DNA of 64,000 nucleotides, from positions 125,304,001 to 125,368,000 of the forward strand of contig NC_086097.1 in assembly GCF_963921235.1 (NCBI RefSeq). Reading direction: 5' to 3'. The notes beneath the pieces were generated by a model that saw nothing but the letters and a program-made list of their open reading frames with translations, made no database searches and had not been told where the DNA came from. This stretch comes from Mobula hypostoma. Lineage: Eukaryota. How positions within the stretch are numbered: position 1 is the first letter of the stretch; each line of letters begins with the position of its first letter. Made by a program: the position numbers and the translations under genes. Positions 12,295 through 24,785 of the stretch are shown one piece after another.

Positions 12295-13435
12295 ATAGAG
12301 TTTTAGGACAATACAGCACAGAAACAGGCCCTACAGCCCATCTAGTCTATGCCGAACTGTTATTTTGCCTAGTCCTGTCAACCCACACCTGGATCAAGCC
12401 CTCCATACCCTTCCCATCTATGTATATACTTATCCAAACCTCTCTAAAATGAGGCAATCCAACGCATGTCCACCATTTCCACTGGCTGCTTGTTCCACAC
12501 TCGCACCACCCTCTGAGTGAAGAACTTTCACCTCAGGTTCTCTTTAAACATTTCACTTTTCACTCTTAATCTATGACCTCTAGTTCTAGTCTCACTCAAC
12601 CTCAGTGGAAAAAGTTCTGCTTGCATTTACCCTTTCTATACCCCTCATAATTTTGTATACCTCTGTCAAATCTCCCCTCATTCTCCTATTCTTCAGGAAT
12701 CAAACCCGAACCTATTGAACCTTTCCCTGTAATTCAGGTCCTCAAGTCCCAGCAACGTTCTTGTCAATTTTCTCTGTACTCTTTCAATCTTGTTGATATC
12801 TTCCCTGTAGGCAGGTGACCAGAAATGCACACAGTACTCCAAATTAGGCCTGATCAAAGTCTTATTCAATTTCAATAAAACATTCCAACCCAGTACGCTG
12901 ATTTATAAAAGCTAATAGGCCAAAAGTTCTCTTTACAACCCTATCTACCTGTGACACCACTTTCAAGGAATTATGCATCTGTATTCCCAGATCCCTGTGT
13001 TCTACCACACTCCTCAGTGCCCTACTGTTCACTGTGTCAGTCCTGCCTTGGTTTGTCCTCCCAAAGTGCAACACCTCACACTGGTCTGTATTAAGTTCCA
13101 TCTCAGACCATTTTTCCAGCTGTTCCAGATCCCGCTGCAAGCTTTGGTAGCCTTTCTCACTGTCTATTATTCCCCCAGTCTTGGTGTCATTTGCAAATTT
13201 GCTGATCTACTTTACCACATTATCATCCAGATCATTGAAATAACCACCACCAATCCATGCCACACACCAGGAGTCAAGAGACATGCAGTCAGAGAGGCAA
13301 CCATCTGCTATCACTCTCTGGCTTCTCCTGCTAAGTCAATGTTAAACGCAGTTTACTACCTCATCCTGCACGCCAAGTGACTGAGCCTTCTTGATCAGTC
13401 TTCCATGCAGCACTTTGTCAAGGGACCTGCTAAAA
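12295..13435 (-). mobile_element. CR1-type LINE 3' fragment
   Basis: ORFs with CEVLHFGRTN, RDLG and RP.LEYCV.FWSP motifs. Confidence 0.9.
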
Positions 13436-14359
13436 TGTATGCTAAACATATGTTATTAAGCCTGCTTTTTGTTGCTGTGTTCAGTGAGCATTCGGTCTTT
13501 TTGAGGTAGAGTACTGAGTGATCTGGATTACTTTGAGCCCTTGCTCATGTACATGAATGTCTAGCCCATACAAAGCACAAATGCAGTCTGTATTTCCACA
13601 AAGAGCTAAGATCTGTAGAATCTGCTGGAGCCGTGGAAGGAGAGCGTGATTATCGGGATTAGTGGGTTAAATCCTCCAGACTCTGCAGTAGGTCAGGATT
13701 CGAAGCTGAATTGGCACGTAAAATTTCTGAAAGCCTCAAGTGGCCATATCCCACTTTGCAGGCATCAGAGTTGTTGCCTTACTCATAGAGTTCCCTATTG
13801 TCAATAGCTGGTCTCTTATGTTCACTTCCATTTAGCTCATTAGGGGAAGGGATTGTGTTTTGATAGCGATGGATAAATGCCACTGACTTCGCATTCCCCT
13901 GGTAAATGGATAGGTAGTGGTCTCTCTCTGTTCATATTTAACTTTAGAAAGAAGCAAAAATAGGTTGCAGCACCACTCCCGAATACAGAAAACACAGTAT
14001 ATCTGTTCAAAATATGACAAAAAAAATTACTTAAGCATTTCTATCCAGTCCTCGACATAGGCTTAACTTTTAAGCCTTTGCTCTATCTCTGCATACACTT
14101 GTTATCTGCTTGACTGAGAGTTACAATTAAATTTGCTATGACATTTCATGTTGCTAGGATACAGTCATAGTTGAACTGGCATGAAAGGTTACTGCAGGAA
14201 GAAACTTTGTCAGGTACATACAGTATTATTAGCAAATCTGGCTCTTTCAATCAGCCCTTTCAAACATAATAGTCTCTGACACAGGGTGCTATTGCTCAGA
14301 CCTGGCAGAAACTGCAGGGATGACTTGCACACTTTAGATAGACAACTCCCTACCAAGTG

Positions 14360-17300
14360 TAGGCAGGATGGTTAAGGTAGTAGAATGCTCCTCCTGTGAG
14401 ATGTGGGATTGCAGGGTACCTAGCAGTCTCCTTGATGACTACATCTGCAGGAAGTGCACACAACTTCAGCTCCTGACTGACAAGGTCAAGGAACTAGAGC
14501 TGGAGCTGGATGTACTCAAGACCACATGGGTAGCTGAAAACCTCGTAGGTGAGACTTTTACTAAAGTGGTCACACCCAGACTGCAGGCTTCAGATAGTGG
14601 ATAGGTGACCACCAGGAGAAGTAAGGAGAATAAGCAATTAGAATAGAGTTCCCCCATGTCCATTCACCTCAGCAACAAGTATGGCCCTTTGGATACTGCT
14701 GGGAGAAGTAACATATCAGGTGACAACCACAGCAGCCAGGCCAATCACAGGGAAGGGTAAATTCAGGTAGAGTGATAGTGATAGGAGAGTTGCCAGTTAG
14801 AGGGAAGGGCAGGAGATTCTGTGGCTGTGAAAGAGATGCCAGGATGGTGTGTTACCTCCCAGGTGCTAGAGTCAAGGATATCTCAAGAGTGGTTGCAGAG
14901 TATTCTCAAGGGGGAAGGTGAGCAGCCACAGGACATGGTGCACATTGGCACCAATGACATAAGAAGAAAGGGAGAAGAGGTCCTACACATGAGTTTAGGG
15001 AGTTGGGAAAAAGGTTGAAGAGCAGGTCCTCCAAGGTGGAAATCTCTGGATTATTCCCAGTGCCACATGGTAGTCAGGGCAGGAATAGGATGATAGTACA
15101 GATGAATGAGAGGCGAGGAACTGTACATATAAATATATATAATTAAATTATTGTGCAAAAAGAGGAAAAAAAGTATGGAGTGAGGTTGTGTTCAAGGATT
15201 CATTGTCCATTCATAAATCTGATGGCAGAGGGGAAGAAGCTGTTCCTGAAGCAATGAATGTGTGTCCTCAGGCTCCTCTTTGATGGAAGCAATGAGAGGA
15301 GGGCACGTCCTGAGTGATAGGGGTCTTAAGTAACAGATGGTGCCTTTTTGAGGCATCACCTTTTGCAAGTGTCCTGAATGCTGAGCAGGCTTGTACCCAT
15401 GACGGAGATGACTGGGATTACAACCTTTTGCAGCTTTTCCTGAGATCCTTGCAATGGTCCCTCCATACCAGATGGTGATGTAACTAGTTAGGATGTTCTC
15501 CATGGTACCTCTGTAGAAATTTACGCATGTCATTACCAACATACCAAGTCCCCTCAAACTCCTAATGAAATATAGCCACTGTCGTGCCTTTTTGTAATTG
15601 CATCAATATGTTGGGCCCAGGATAGATCTTCAGAGATGTTGACTCCCAGGAGCTTCTAACTGCTCACCCTTTCCACTGCTGATCCCTCGATGAGGACTAG
15701 TGTGTGTTCCCTCGACTTCCCCTTCCTGAAGTCCACAATCAATTCCTTGGTCTTACTGAAGATGAGTGCAAGGTTGAGTTTGCGATACCACTCAACCAGC
15801 TGATCCTGTATGTCTCCTCGTCACCATCTGAAATTCTTCAACCATTGGTAAATTTATAGATGGTGTTTGAGCTGTGCCTAGCCACACAGTCGTTTGTGTA
15901 GAGAGAGTAGAGCAATGGGCTAAGCACGCATCCTTGAGATGCGCCAAAGTTGATTGTCAGCTAGGAGATGTTATTTCCAATCTGCGCTGACTGTGGTCTC
16001 CCGATGAGGAAGTCAAAGATAGAGTTGCAGAAGGAGGCACAGAGAAACAGGTTTTGGAGCTTGTTGATTAGAACTGAGGGTATGATTGTGTTGGAAACTG
16101 AGCTGAAATCAATAAACAGCAGCCCGATTTAGGAATTACTAGTGTTGAGGTGACTGAATGAAGAGCCAGTGAGGTGGCAGCCATTGTAGACTTATTGTGG
16201 CAGTTGGCAAATTGCATCAGGCCCAAGTCCTTGCTTAGACAGGAGTTGATTTTAACCTTGACCAACCTGTCAGAGTACTTCATTGCAGCCTGAAGTGTGT
16301 GCATTTTAATGCTAGGAGTATTTTGGGTCAAGGTAATGAGCCTAGAGCAGGGATCAGTACATGGAACTATGATGTCGTGGCCGTTACTGAGACTTGGTTG
16401 ACAGAGGGGCAGGAATGGGTGCGTTTCAATGTTTTAGAAATGATAGAGAGGGAGGTAAAAAAGAGATGAGGGAATTGCACTACTAATCAGGGACAATATC
16501 ACACCTGCACTCAGAGCAGACATAATGGAAGACTCATTCACTGAGTCTTTATGGGTAGAACTCAAAAATAAGAAGAGTGCAATCACTCTGAGATTACACT
16601 ACAGATACCCCCTTCCCCCTCCCAATAGCCACCAGGACATTGAGGAACAGATATGCAGGCAGATTAAGGAAAGGTGCAAAAGCAATAGGGTTGTTGTCAT
16701 GGGAGACTTTAACTTTCCTGATACAAATTGAGGCCTTCTGAGTGCAAGAGGTTTTAGATGGGGCAGAATTTGTGAGGTGCATCCAATATGTTCTAAGTGC
16801 AGCAAGAGGAGATGTTGTACTGGATTTGTTGTAATGAGCCTGACCAGGTGACCAATGATTCAGTGGGTGAACCGTTAGGCAACAGTGACCACATCACCTT
16901 GAGTTTAAGACGAGGGTAAGGATGGGTCTTGTGGGAGAGTATTAATTTGGACCAGGGCAAATTAAGACAGCATTAGGCAGGAACTAGGGAGAGTCAAGTA
17001 GGATTAGAGGGAACCCCAACGCATTCTATGCATGCATCAAGAGCAAGAGGATAACTAGGGAGAGAGTACGACCATTCAAGATTAAAGAGGAGAACACTTG
17101 CTTGGGTGCAGAGGATGTGGGTGAGGTCCTTCCTGAGTACCTTACATCAGTATTTACCAAAGAAAAGGATGCAGAGGATTGGGAGAGTAATGCTGAGGGT
17201 ATTGATATGCTGGGATATTTTGAGGTAAAGGAGGAGATAGTTTTAGGTCTCTTAAATAGCATTAAGGTGGATAAGTTCCCAGGCCCTGGTGGGCTATATC

Positions 17301-18765
17301 CCAGGTTATTGAGAGGGGCAAGAAAAGAGATCGTTGGGGGCTTGATCAATATCTTTGTGTCCTTTCTAGCCACAGGCAAGGTCCTGGAAGGCTGGTGAGT
17401 AGCCAATGTTGTTCCATTTTTCAAGAAGGGAACCAGGGATAATCCTGCAAACTATTGACTGCTAAGTCTCATGTCAGTGGTAGGGAAGATACTGGAGAGA
17501 TTTCTTAGTGATAGGATTTATGAGCATTTGGAAAACCATGGCCTAATTAGGAAAAGTCAGCATGGCTTTGTGCAGGGCAAGTCGTGTCTTATTAGCTTGA
17601 TGAGTTTTTTTGACAAGGTGATGAGAGTGATTGATCAAGGATGCTGAAGATGTCTACGTGGATTTTAGTAAGGTGTCTGACAAGATCCCTCATGAGAGGC
17701 TCATCCAGAAGATTCAGATGTGTTGGGTCCATGGTGAATTGGCCATTTGGATTCAGAACTGGCTTGCCCATAGGCAGAGGGTAGTGGTTGAGGGGACTTA
17801 TTCTAGCTGGAGGTCTGTGATAAGTGGTGTTCCGCAGAGATCTGTACTGATACGTCTGCGGTTTGTGGTGTATATAAATGATTTGGATGAAAATATATAT
17901 GAGTGGATTAGTAAGTTTGCAAATGGTATGAAGATTAGTGGTGTTGTGGATACCGTAGAAGACTGGCAAAGAATACTGTGGGATATAGATCAGTTGCAGA
18001 TATGCGTGGAGAAATGGATGATAATGTTTATGAACAAGACCCTTACCAGGGTTGATGAGCAGGTGGATCTTGGGTCCCTGTTTATAGCTCCCTGAAAGTG
18101 GCGACACAGGTTGGTAGGATGGTTAAGAAGGCACATGGCATGTTTGGCTATATTAGTCGAGTTCAAAAGTCAGGAAGTTATCTTGCAGCTTTATAAAACT
18201 CTAGTTATGCTGCTTCTGGAGTATTGCATACATTTCTGGTCGCTCCATTATAGGAAGGATGTTGAGGCTTTGGAAAGCATGCATAAGAGGGTTACCAGGA
18301 TGTTGCCTGGACTAGAGGGCATGTGTTGTAACAAGAGGCTGGACAAACTTGAGTTGTTTGCTCTGGAGCAGTAGAGGCTGAGGGGAGATCTGATAGAGCT
18401 TTATAAGATTATGAGAGGCCTGGATAGAGAAAACAGACAGTATATTTTCCAGGGGTTGAAATGTCTAATACCAGAGGGCATGTATTTAAGGTGAAAGGGG
18501 ATAATTTCAAAGCAGATATGAGGGGCAAGTTTTTTTACACAGTGAGTTGTGGGTGCCTGGAATGAATTGCCTGGGCTGGTGATAGAGGCAGAAACATTAG
18601 AGACTTTTAAGAGATTTAGATAGGCACATGAATGTGTGGAAAATGGAAGGATATGGATGTGTAGGCAGAAGAGATTGATTTAGTTAGTCATTTGATTACT
18701 AATTTAATTGGTTTAGCAAAACATTGTGGGGCAAAGGGCCTGTTCCTGTGCTGTTCTATATTCAA
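14360..18765 (+). mobile_element. near-full-length degenerate CR1 LINE (ORF1 zinc finger plus esterase remnant, ORF2 APE and RT), interrupted by a Rex1-like insert
   Basis: CSSC..W…C.KC and coiled coil at 14368, VHIGTNDI at 14938, GDFNFP at 16702, DFSK..DKIPH and LEYC..FWS motifs; many stops and frameshifts. Confidence 0.88.
15120..16295 (-). mobile_element. Rex1/Babar LINE fragment nested in CR1
   Basis: LLFID.SS.F.TI, ENILT..IT.WYG and TKEL.VDFRK remnants. Confidence 0.85.
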
Positions 18766-19849
18766 TGAAGATGATGAAAGATGATCAGGTCTTAGTCTGG
18801 AAAGAATTCTTGGCTTCAGGTTAGTTTTATGAACCTACGTTTCATGCAAGGTTATAATGAACCTTGATGTTTGAATTCTCCCTTATGTGAATTGTTTTCC
18901 TGTTGGCTGAGAACATCCTTCCTACAATTAAGTTTCCATACAGCAAGTGATGTACTTTATTCAGACTGCAGGTCAATGGGACTCAACAGAGTAATAGCTT
19001 GGCATGGACTAGATGGGCTGAAGGGCCTGTTTCTGCGCTGTAATGCTCTATGACTCTAAGGAGTGTGTGCAATAAAACCAGTGATATCTGTGAATATTGT
19101 ATTTTACTGTACTTTTGATACAAGTAATAATTATTTTGGGTATGTTTCTCTTGTATAACACAAAGTCCCCATCTTTCCAGCAAGCAAACTGCATTCAACT
19201 TGATTTAATCTTGAAAAAATGTTCAATTCCTGTTTTCACATTTCATTGACAAATAGTTTAAGGATGATTGTTTGGATCACAAAAGGCTAAAATGAAGGAC
19301 TTAGAAATTACTGAAACAAATGATACAGTAATCATGAGGGATTTTAATTCACAAGTGGACAAATCAACAGTATATTGTATGTTGGCATGTATTAAAGATG
19401 GATCTAGATCAGTATTTTGAGGATTCCACTCGAGAACAGGCTAAATTAGATCTCCTTCTTATTCTGGCTTCTTTTCCCTTCTTTCCCAGTCCTAATGAAG
19501 GATATTGACCCGAAACATCAACTCTTTATTCCTTATCTTTCCATAGATGCTGCCTCACCTGCTGAATTCCTCCAGCATTTTGTGTGTGTTATTTAGATCT
19601 AGTACTATATTTTAAGGAAGAGTTAATTAATAACTACAAGAGGTTCTGCGGATGCTGGAAATCCACAGTAACATACCAAAATGCTGGAGGAACTAAGCAG
19701 GTCAGGTTACATCAATGGAAAGGAATAAACAGTTGACACTTCAGCCGAGACACCTCATCAGGAATAAGTCCTGATGAAGGGTCTTGTCCCAAAACCTTAA
19801 TTGTTAACCATAGATGCTGCCTGGCCTGCTGATTTCCTCCAGAGTTAAT

Positions 19850-21595
19850 TAATAAACATCGTGAAAGGGTCCCTTGAACGAAGTGACCATAATGTTGAAC
19901 TTTACATTAATTTTGAGAATATGTTTCAATCTGAAATGAAGGTTTTCAAACTAAAGAAAAGAAATAATGAAGCAATATAGGTCAGGTTGGCTGATTTTCA
20001 ACAAACATAGTCTCCTTCAAGGCACAAAAACGTAACAGGAAAAGTAATCCAACCATGGATTATGGGAGAAAATAAAGACACTTGAAAGGCTGACTGGAAG
20101 AACAGCAGGCCTGATCATTGGGAGTGTTCTAAAATTCAGCAAAGGTTGATCATGAATTAAATTTAAACAGACCTGTAAAGCTGCCAGGAAAAACTGTGTG
20201 GCCTGAAAATTGGGAGTGTTCTAGAATTCAACAATGTTTGATCATGAATTAAATTAAGAGACTTATAAATCTGCCAGGAAAGTAGAAACAAGAGGCCTGA
20301 GATTGGGGGTGTTCAAGAATTCAGCAAAGGTTGAGCATGAAATTGCCTAGAAAAGGAAATAGAGTACGAGAGTAAACAAGAGAGAACAGGAAAAGAGCCT
20401 CTATCAGAATGTAAAAAGTTAAGATTAGAAAGCCAGTCCTTTACAGACAAGAGAATTTATAAAGGGGAATAAGGAAGTGGCAAAAGAATTAATTACATTG
20501 CATTCTTCTACATGGAAGAAGATGCAGAGAAACATCAGAGAGTCAAAGGTCCAAAAAATGAGGAAATAAAAGAAATAATATTAGTAAATAAATACTTGTT
20601 TGGTTATCAGATAGAATGTAGTGTAGGGAAGTGTATGGTCATTCACTTTGGTAGAAGGAATAAAGGCATAGACTATTTTCTAAATAGGGAACAAATACAG
20701 AAATCAGAGGTACAAAGGGACTTGGGAGACCTCAAGCTGGATTCCGTAAAGGTTAACTTGCAGCTTGAGTTGGTGGAAAGGAAGGCAGATGCAATGTTAA
20801 CATTCACTTTGAGAGGACTAGAATATAAAAGCAAGGTTGTAATGCTGAGGCTTTATAAGGCATTGGTCAAACCGCACTTGGAGTATTGTGAGCAGTTTTG
20901 GGTCCCTTATCTGAGAAAGGATGTGCTTGTACTCTCAGGAGTTTGGAAGAATGACGGAGGATCTCATTGAATCCTATCGAATATCGAAAGGCCTGGATAG
21001 AGTGGACATTGAGAGGATATTTCCAATAGTTGGGGGAGACGTTGACCAGGGAGCACAACCTCGGAATAGAAGGAAGACCCTCCCTCCCTCCCTCCATCCA
21101 CACCCCCCGCCCCTTCTTCTGGCCTTTCAAGCCATGCCATTTAACCCTAGCTTAACCATGCGAGAATTTACAAATGACCAATTAACCTACTAACCAGTAC
21201 ATTTTTGGACTATGGGAAGAAGCTCAGGTATTTCATGGGGAGGACGTATAGATTTCTTACAGATGACATCAAAATTGAACTCTAAGCTCCAATCTCTTGA
21301 GCTGTAAATAGCCCCGCACTATCCACTACGCTACCACGGAGCCCTTTAGAACAGAGGTGAGGAGGAATTTCTTTAGCTAGAGAGTGGTGAGTCTGTGAAA
21401 TTCATTGCCACAGACGGGAGTAGAAGCCAAGCCATTGGATATATTTAAAGCAGAGGTTGATCAGTTCTAGATCAGTAAGGGCATCAAAGGTTATAGGGAG
21501 AAGCAAGTTGAGAGGGATAATACATCAGCCATAATCGAATGGTAGAACAGACTCGATGGACCAAATGATCTAATTGTGCTCCTATGTCTTACGCT
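19850..21595 (+). mobile_element. degenerate CR1 LINE with internal deletion and SINE insertion
   Basis: ORF 20512-20970 with KCMVIHFGRRN…PHLEYCEQFW; CR1 tail ends near 21595. Confidence 0.8.
20080..20345. repeat. degenerate tandem repeat, ~93 bp unit, ~2.8 copies
   Basis: GGCCTGA…ATTGGGAGTGTTCTAGAATTCAGCAAAGGTTGATCATGAA starts near 20108, 20200 and 20294. Confidence 0.85.
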
Positions 21596-22319
21596 CATAA
21601 TATAGCATCCTTTAGTTTTTGAATAGTTCTTGAGGTTGGAAGGTAACCAATATAACAATAGTATTTAAGAGAATAACAAGTAAAAGTAAAACATTTTTTA
21701 TCTTGACATCCATTGTAGATAAAATATATAAAGTGTGTGTAATAAATAAAGGACATGATATCCAGGCACCAGAAAAATAAGAGCTCAGTGTGAAGTTATG
21801 AAAAGGTTATCATGTTTGCCTAACCTATTGCGGTCCTTTGAGGATGCATTGGGTGGACTGGATGTTTGGGTATTGGGGATGTGGTGTATCTGGATGTTTA
21901 GGACAACTTCAATGTTACCATGTGGGAAGTCGCTGAACGAAAATAGAGCACGATGAATTGGGGCTTGTATAGATTAGTGTGGATGGAGAGTTGTCCAACA
22001 CATTGAAAGTAAAGAATAGGAGCACGAGCCCTTCTCATGTTGAGAGGCTATGACCAGAGAGGCAGTTTTAATGATTGATGCTTGGGCCCCAACTATTCAC
22101 AATCTATATCAACAGTTTGGCTGAGAGGACCAAATATAACATTCCACAGTTTGCTGATGACACAAAGCAGTAATGAGGATGCTAAGAGGCTCTTGGGATT
22201 TTGACAAACTGGGTGGGCAATACATTTGAAAGGGAGACTGATGTAGTAAAATGTGAGGCTGTGCATTTCCATAGAGGGGAGAGGTTTTTTTTTAAGCACT
22301 AGGCATTCGGCCATGTTTT

Positions 22320-23205
22320 TAAAAAATGGCTAACCTAAGAGATGAACAAGCAAGCTTCCACAAGAGCAGATCATTAACTGACCAAATAGCCACACTATGC
22401 ATCACAGTCGAGCAGTCATTTGAGTGGAATTCTTCTCAGTACGTCAACTTTGTCGATTATGAAAAAGCCTTCGACAGGTGTAGACAGAAAGACCCCGTGG
22501 CACTGTGGAGTACCTGGCAAGATAGCCAGACTGAACAAAAATTCATATGGGGGAACATAGTCAACCATGACATACACTCACCAGCAGCTTTCATGTGAAG
22601 ACAAGAGTTGGATAAAGGCGCCCGATGTTCCCTTTCTGTTCATTCTGGCCACACACTGGATCATGAAGATATTTACAGCACAGAAAAGGAATGGGATCCA
22701 GTGGACACCCCAGAAACAACTGTATGAGCTGGACTTCGTTCTTCTATCCTATACTCATTAACCGATGAGAGGGAAAAAGAACAGATATGGCAACCATGTC
22801 AGCACAAGTTGGCCGTAACATCCATAGAGGGAAAACTGAAGTCCTCAAGATCAATTCAACCTGCATCAAGCCAGTCACTCTCGATGAAAGTCCACTTGAG
22901 GAGGTAGAAGCCTTCACCTACCTGGTCATTGACAGACAAGGCAACACCAAGCAGGTGTCAAGGCAAGAATCAGCAAAACTAGGGCAGCCTTCATCCAGCT
23001 CAAGAACATCTGGTGCTTCAAGGAGCTATCACAATGCACCAAGACCAGGCTTTTCCACTCCAACCTCAAGCCGGTTCTTCTCTATGGGGCAGAGACTTAG
23101 AGGACAGCAAAGACTATCATCAAGAAAGTTTAGACCTTTATTAATTGCTATCTGAGGAAAATCCTCCAGATCCACTGCCCAGACTCCGATCTATAGCACA
23201 GAACA
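22320..23205 (+). mobile_element. RTE-clade LINE RT fragment
   Basis: RDEQASF…TDQIATL…EQSFEWNS..YVNFVDYEKAFD motif. Confidence 0.85.
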
Positions 23206-23210
23206 CACCA

Positions 23211-24458
23211 TAGCTGTTCACCCCCCTTTAAAATGACACACAAAATCATCACTGGTACAGCCAATTGGTTTTAGAAGTCACATAATCAGTTAAATGGAAA
23301 TCTGTTTTTTGAGACCTGTATACAGTCAAGGTGTTTCAATTGATTGTAGTAAAAATACACCTGTATCTGCAAGGTCCGACTCTTGGTGTGTCTTTATCCT
23401 GGCAAAAATTACACCATGAAGACAAAAGAACACTCCAAGCAACTCTACAAAAAGGTTATTGAAAAGCACAAGTCAGGAGATGGATACAAGAAAATTTCCA
23501 GGTCACTGATTATCCCTTGGAGTGCAGTTAAGTCAATCATCAAGAAATGGAAAGAATATGGCACAACTGTAAATCTGCCTAGATCTGGCCATCCTCAAAA
23601 AATTGTGACTGTGTAAGAAGGGGACTAGTGAGGGAGGCCACCAAGAGACCTATGACAACTCTGGAGGAGCTACAAGCTTCAGTGGCTGAGATGAAAAGTC
23701 TGTGCACACAACAACTGTTGCCTGGGTGATTCACCAGTCACAGCTTTACGGGAGACTGGCAAAGAGAAAGCCACTGTTGGAAAAAAAAATTACATGAAAT
23801 CTCAGCTAGAGTTTGCCAGAAGACATGTGGGAGATTCTGAAGTCAGCTGGAAGAAGCTTCTATAGTCTGATGAAACCAAAACTGAGCTTTTTGGCTGTCA
23901 GACTAAACACTATGTTTGGCATAAGCCAAACATTGCACATCATCAAAAACACACCATCCCCACTGTGAAGCAAGGTGGTGGTTGCATCATGCTGTGGGGA
24001 TGCTTCACTGCAGCAGACCCTGGAAGGTTTGTGAAGGTAGAGAGTAAAATGAATGCAGCAAAATGCAGGGAAATCCTGGAGGAAAACCTGATGCAGTCTG
24101 TTAAAGAACTGCGACTTGGGAGATCATTTGTTTTCCAGAAAGACAATGACCCCTAGCATAAAGCGATAGCTACACAGCAATGGCTTTAAAACAGCAAAGT
24201 TAATGTCCTGAAATGGCCAAGTCAGAGTCCAGACCTCAATCCAATTGAGAATTTGAGGCTGGACTTGAAAAGAGCTGTTCTCTCATGATCCCCATGCAAT
24301 CTTACAGAGCTTGAGCGGTTTTGTAAAGAAGAATGGGGAAAAATTGCATTGTCCGGATGTTCAAAGCTGATAGAGACGTATCCATGCAGACTCTAGGCTG
24401 TAATTGCTGTCAAAGGTGCATCTACTAAATACTGACTTGAAGGGGGTAAATACTTATG
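23211..24458 (+). mobile_element. Tc1-type transposon with full-length but disrupted transposase
   Basis: MKTKEHS…GYKKIS..L.IP.S.VKSIIKKWK paired-like domain, SDETK, GGG.IMLWGCF, FQKDNDP, WPSQSPDLNPIENL; internal stops. Confidence 0.93.
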
Positions 24459-24462
24459 ATAC

Positions 24463-24530
24463 TATGTGTATGCACATGTACGTGTATGTGTGTGTATGTA
24501 TGTGTGTACATGTACATACACATACACTAT
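24463..24530. repeat. (TATG/TGTA/CATA)n low-complexity repeat
   Basis: Alternating purine-pyrimidine tract seen directly. Confidence 0.8.
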
Positions 24531-24785
24531 ATTAAGTGCCCATGATGGACTGGCTGAGTTTGCAACTTTCTGCAGCTTTTGCCAATCCTGTGCATTGTCC
24601 CCTCCATACCAGATGGTGATGCAACCAGTTAGAATGTTCTCCACGGTATATCTGTCGGAATTTGCAAGAGTCTTTGGTGACATACTAAGTCTCCCCAAAC
24701 TCCTAATGAAATATATTTGCTTTAGCCTTCTTTGTAATTGCATCAATAAGTTGGGCCCAGGATGCAGTAGATCTTCAAAGTTTTG

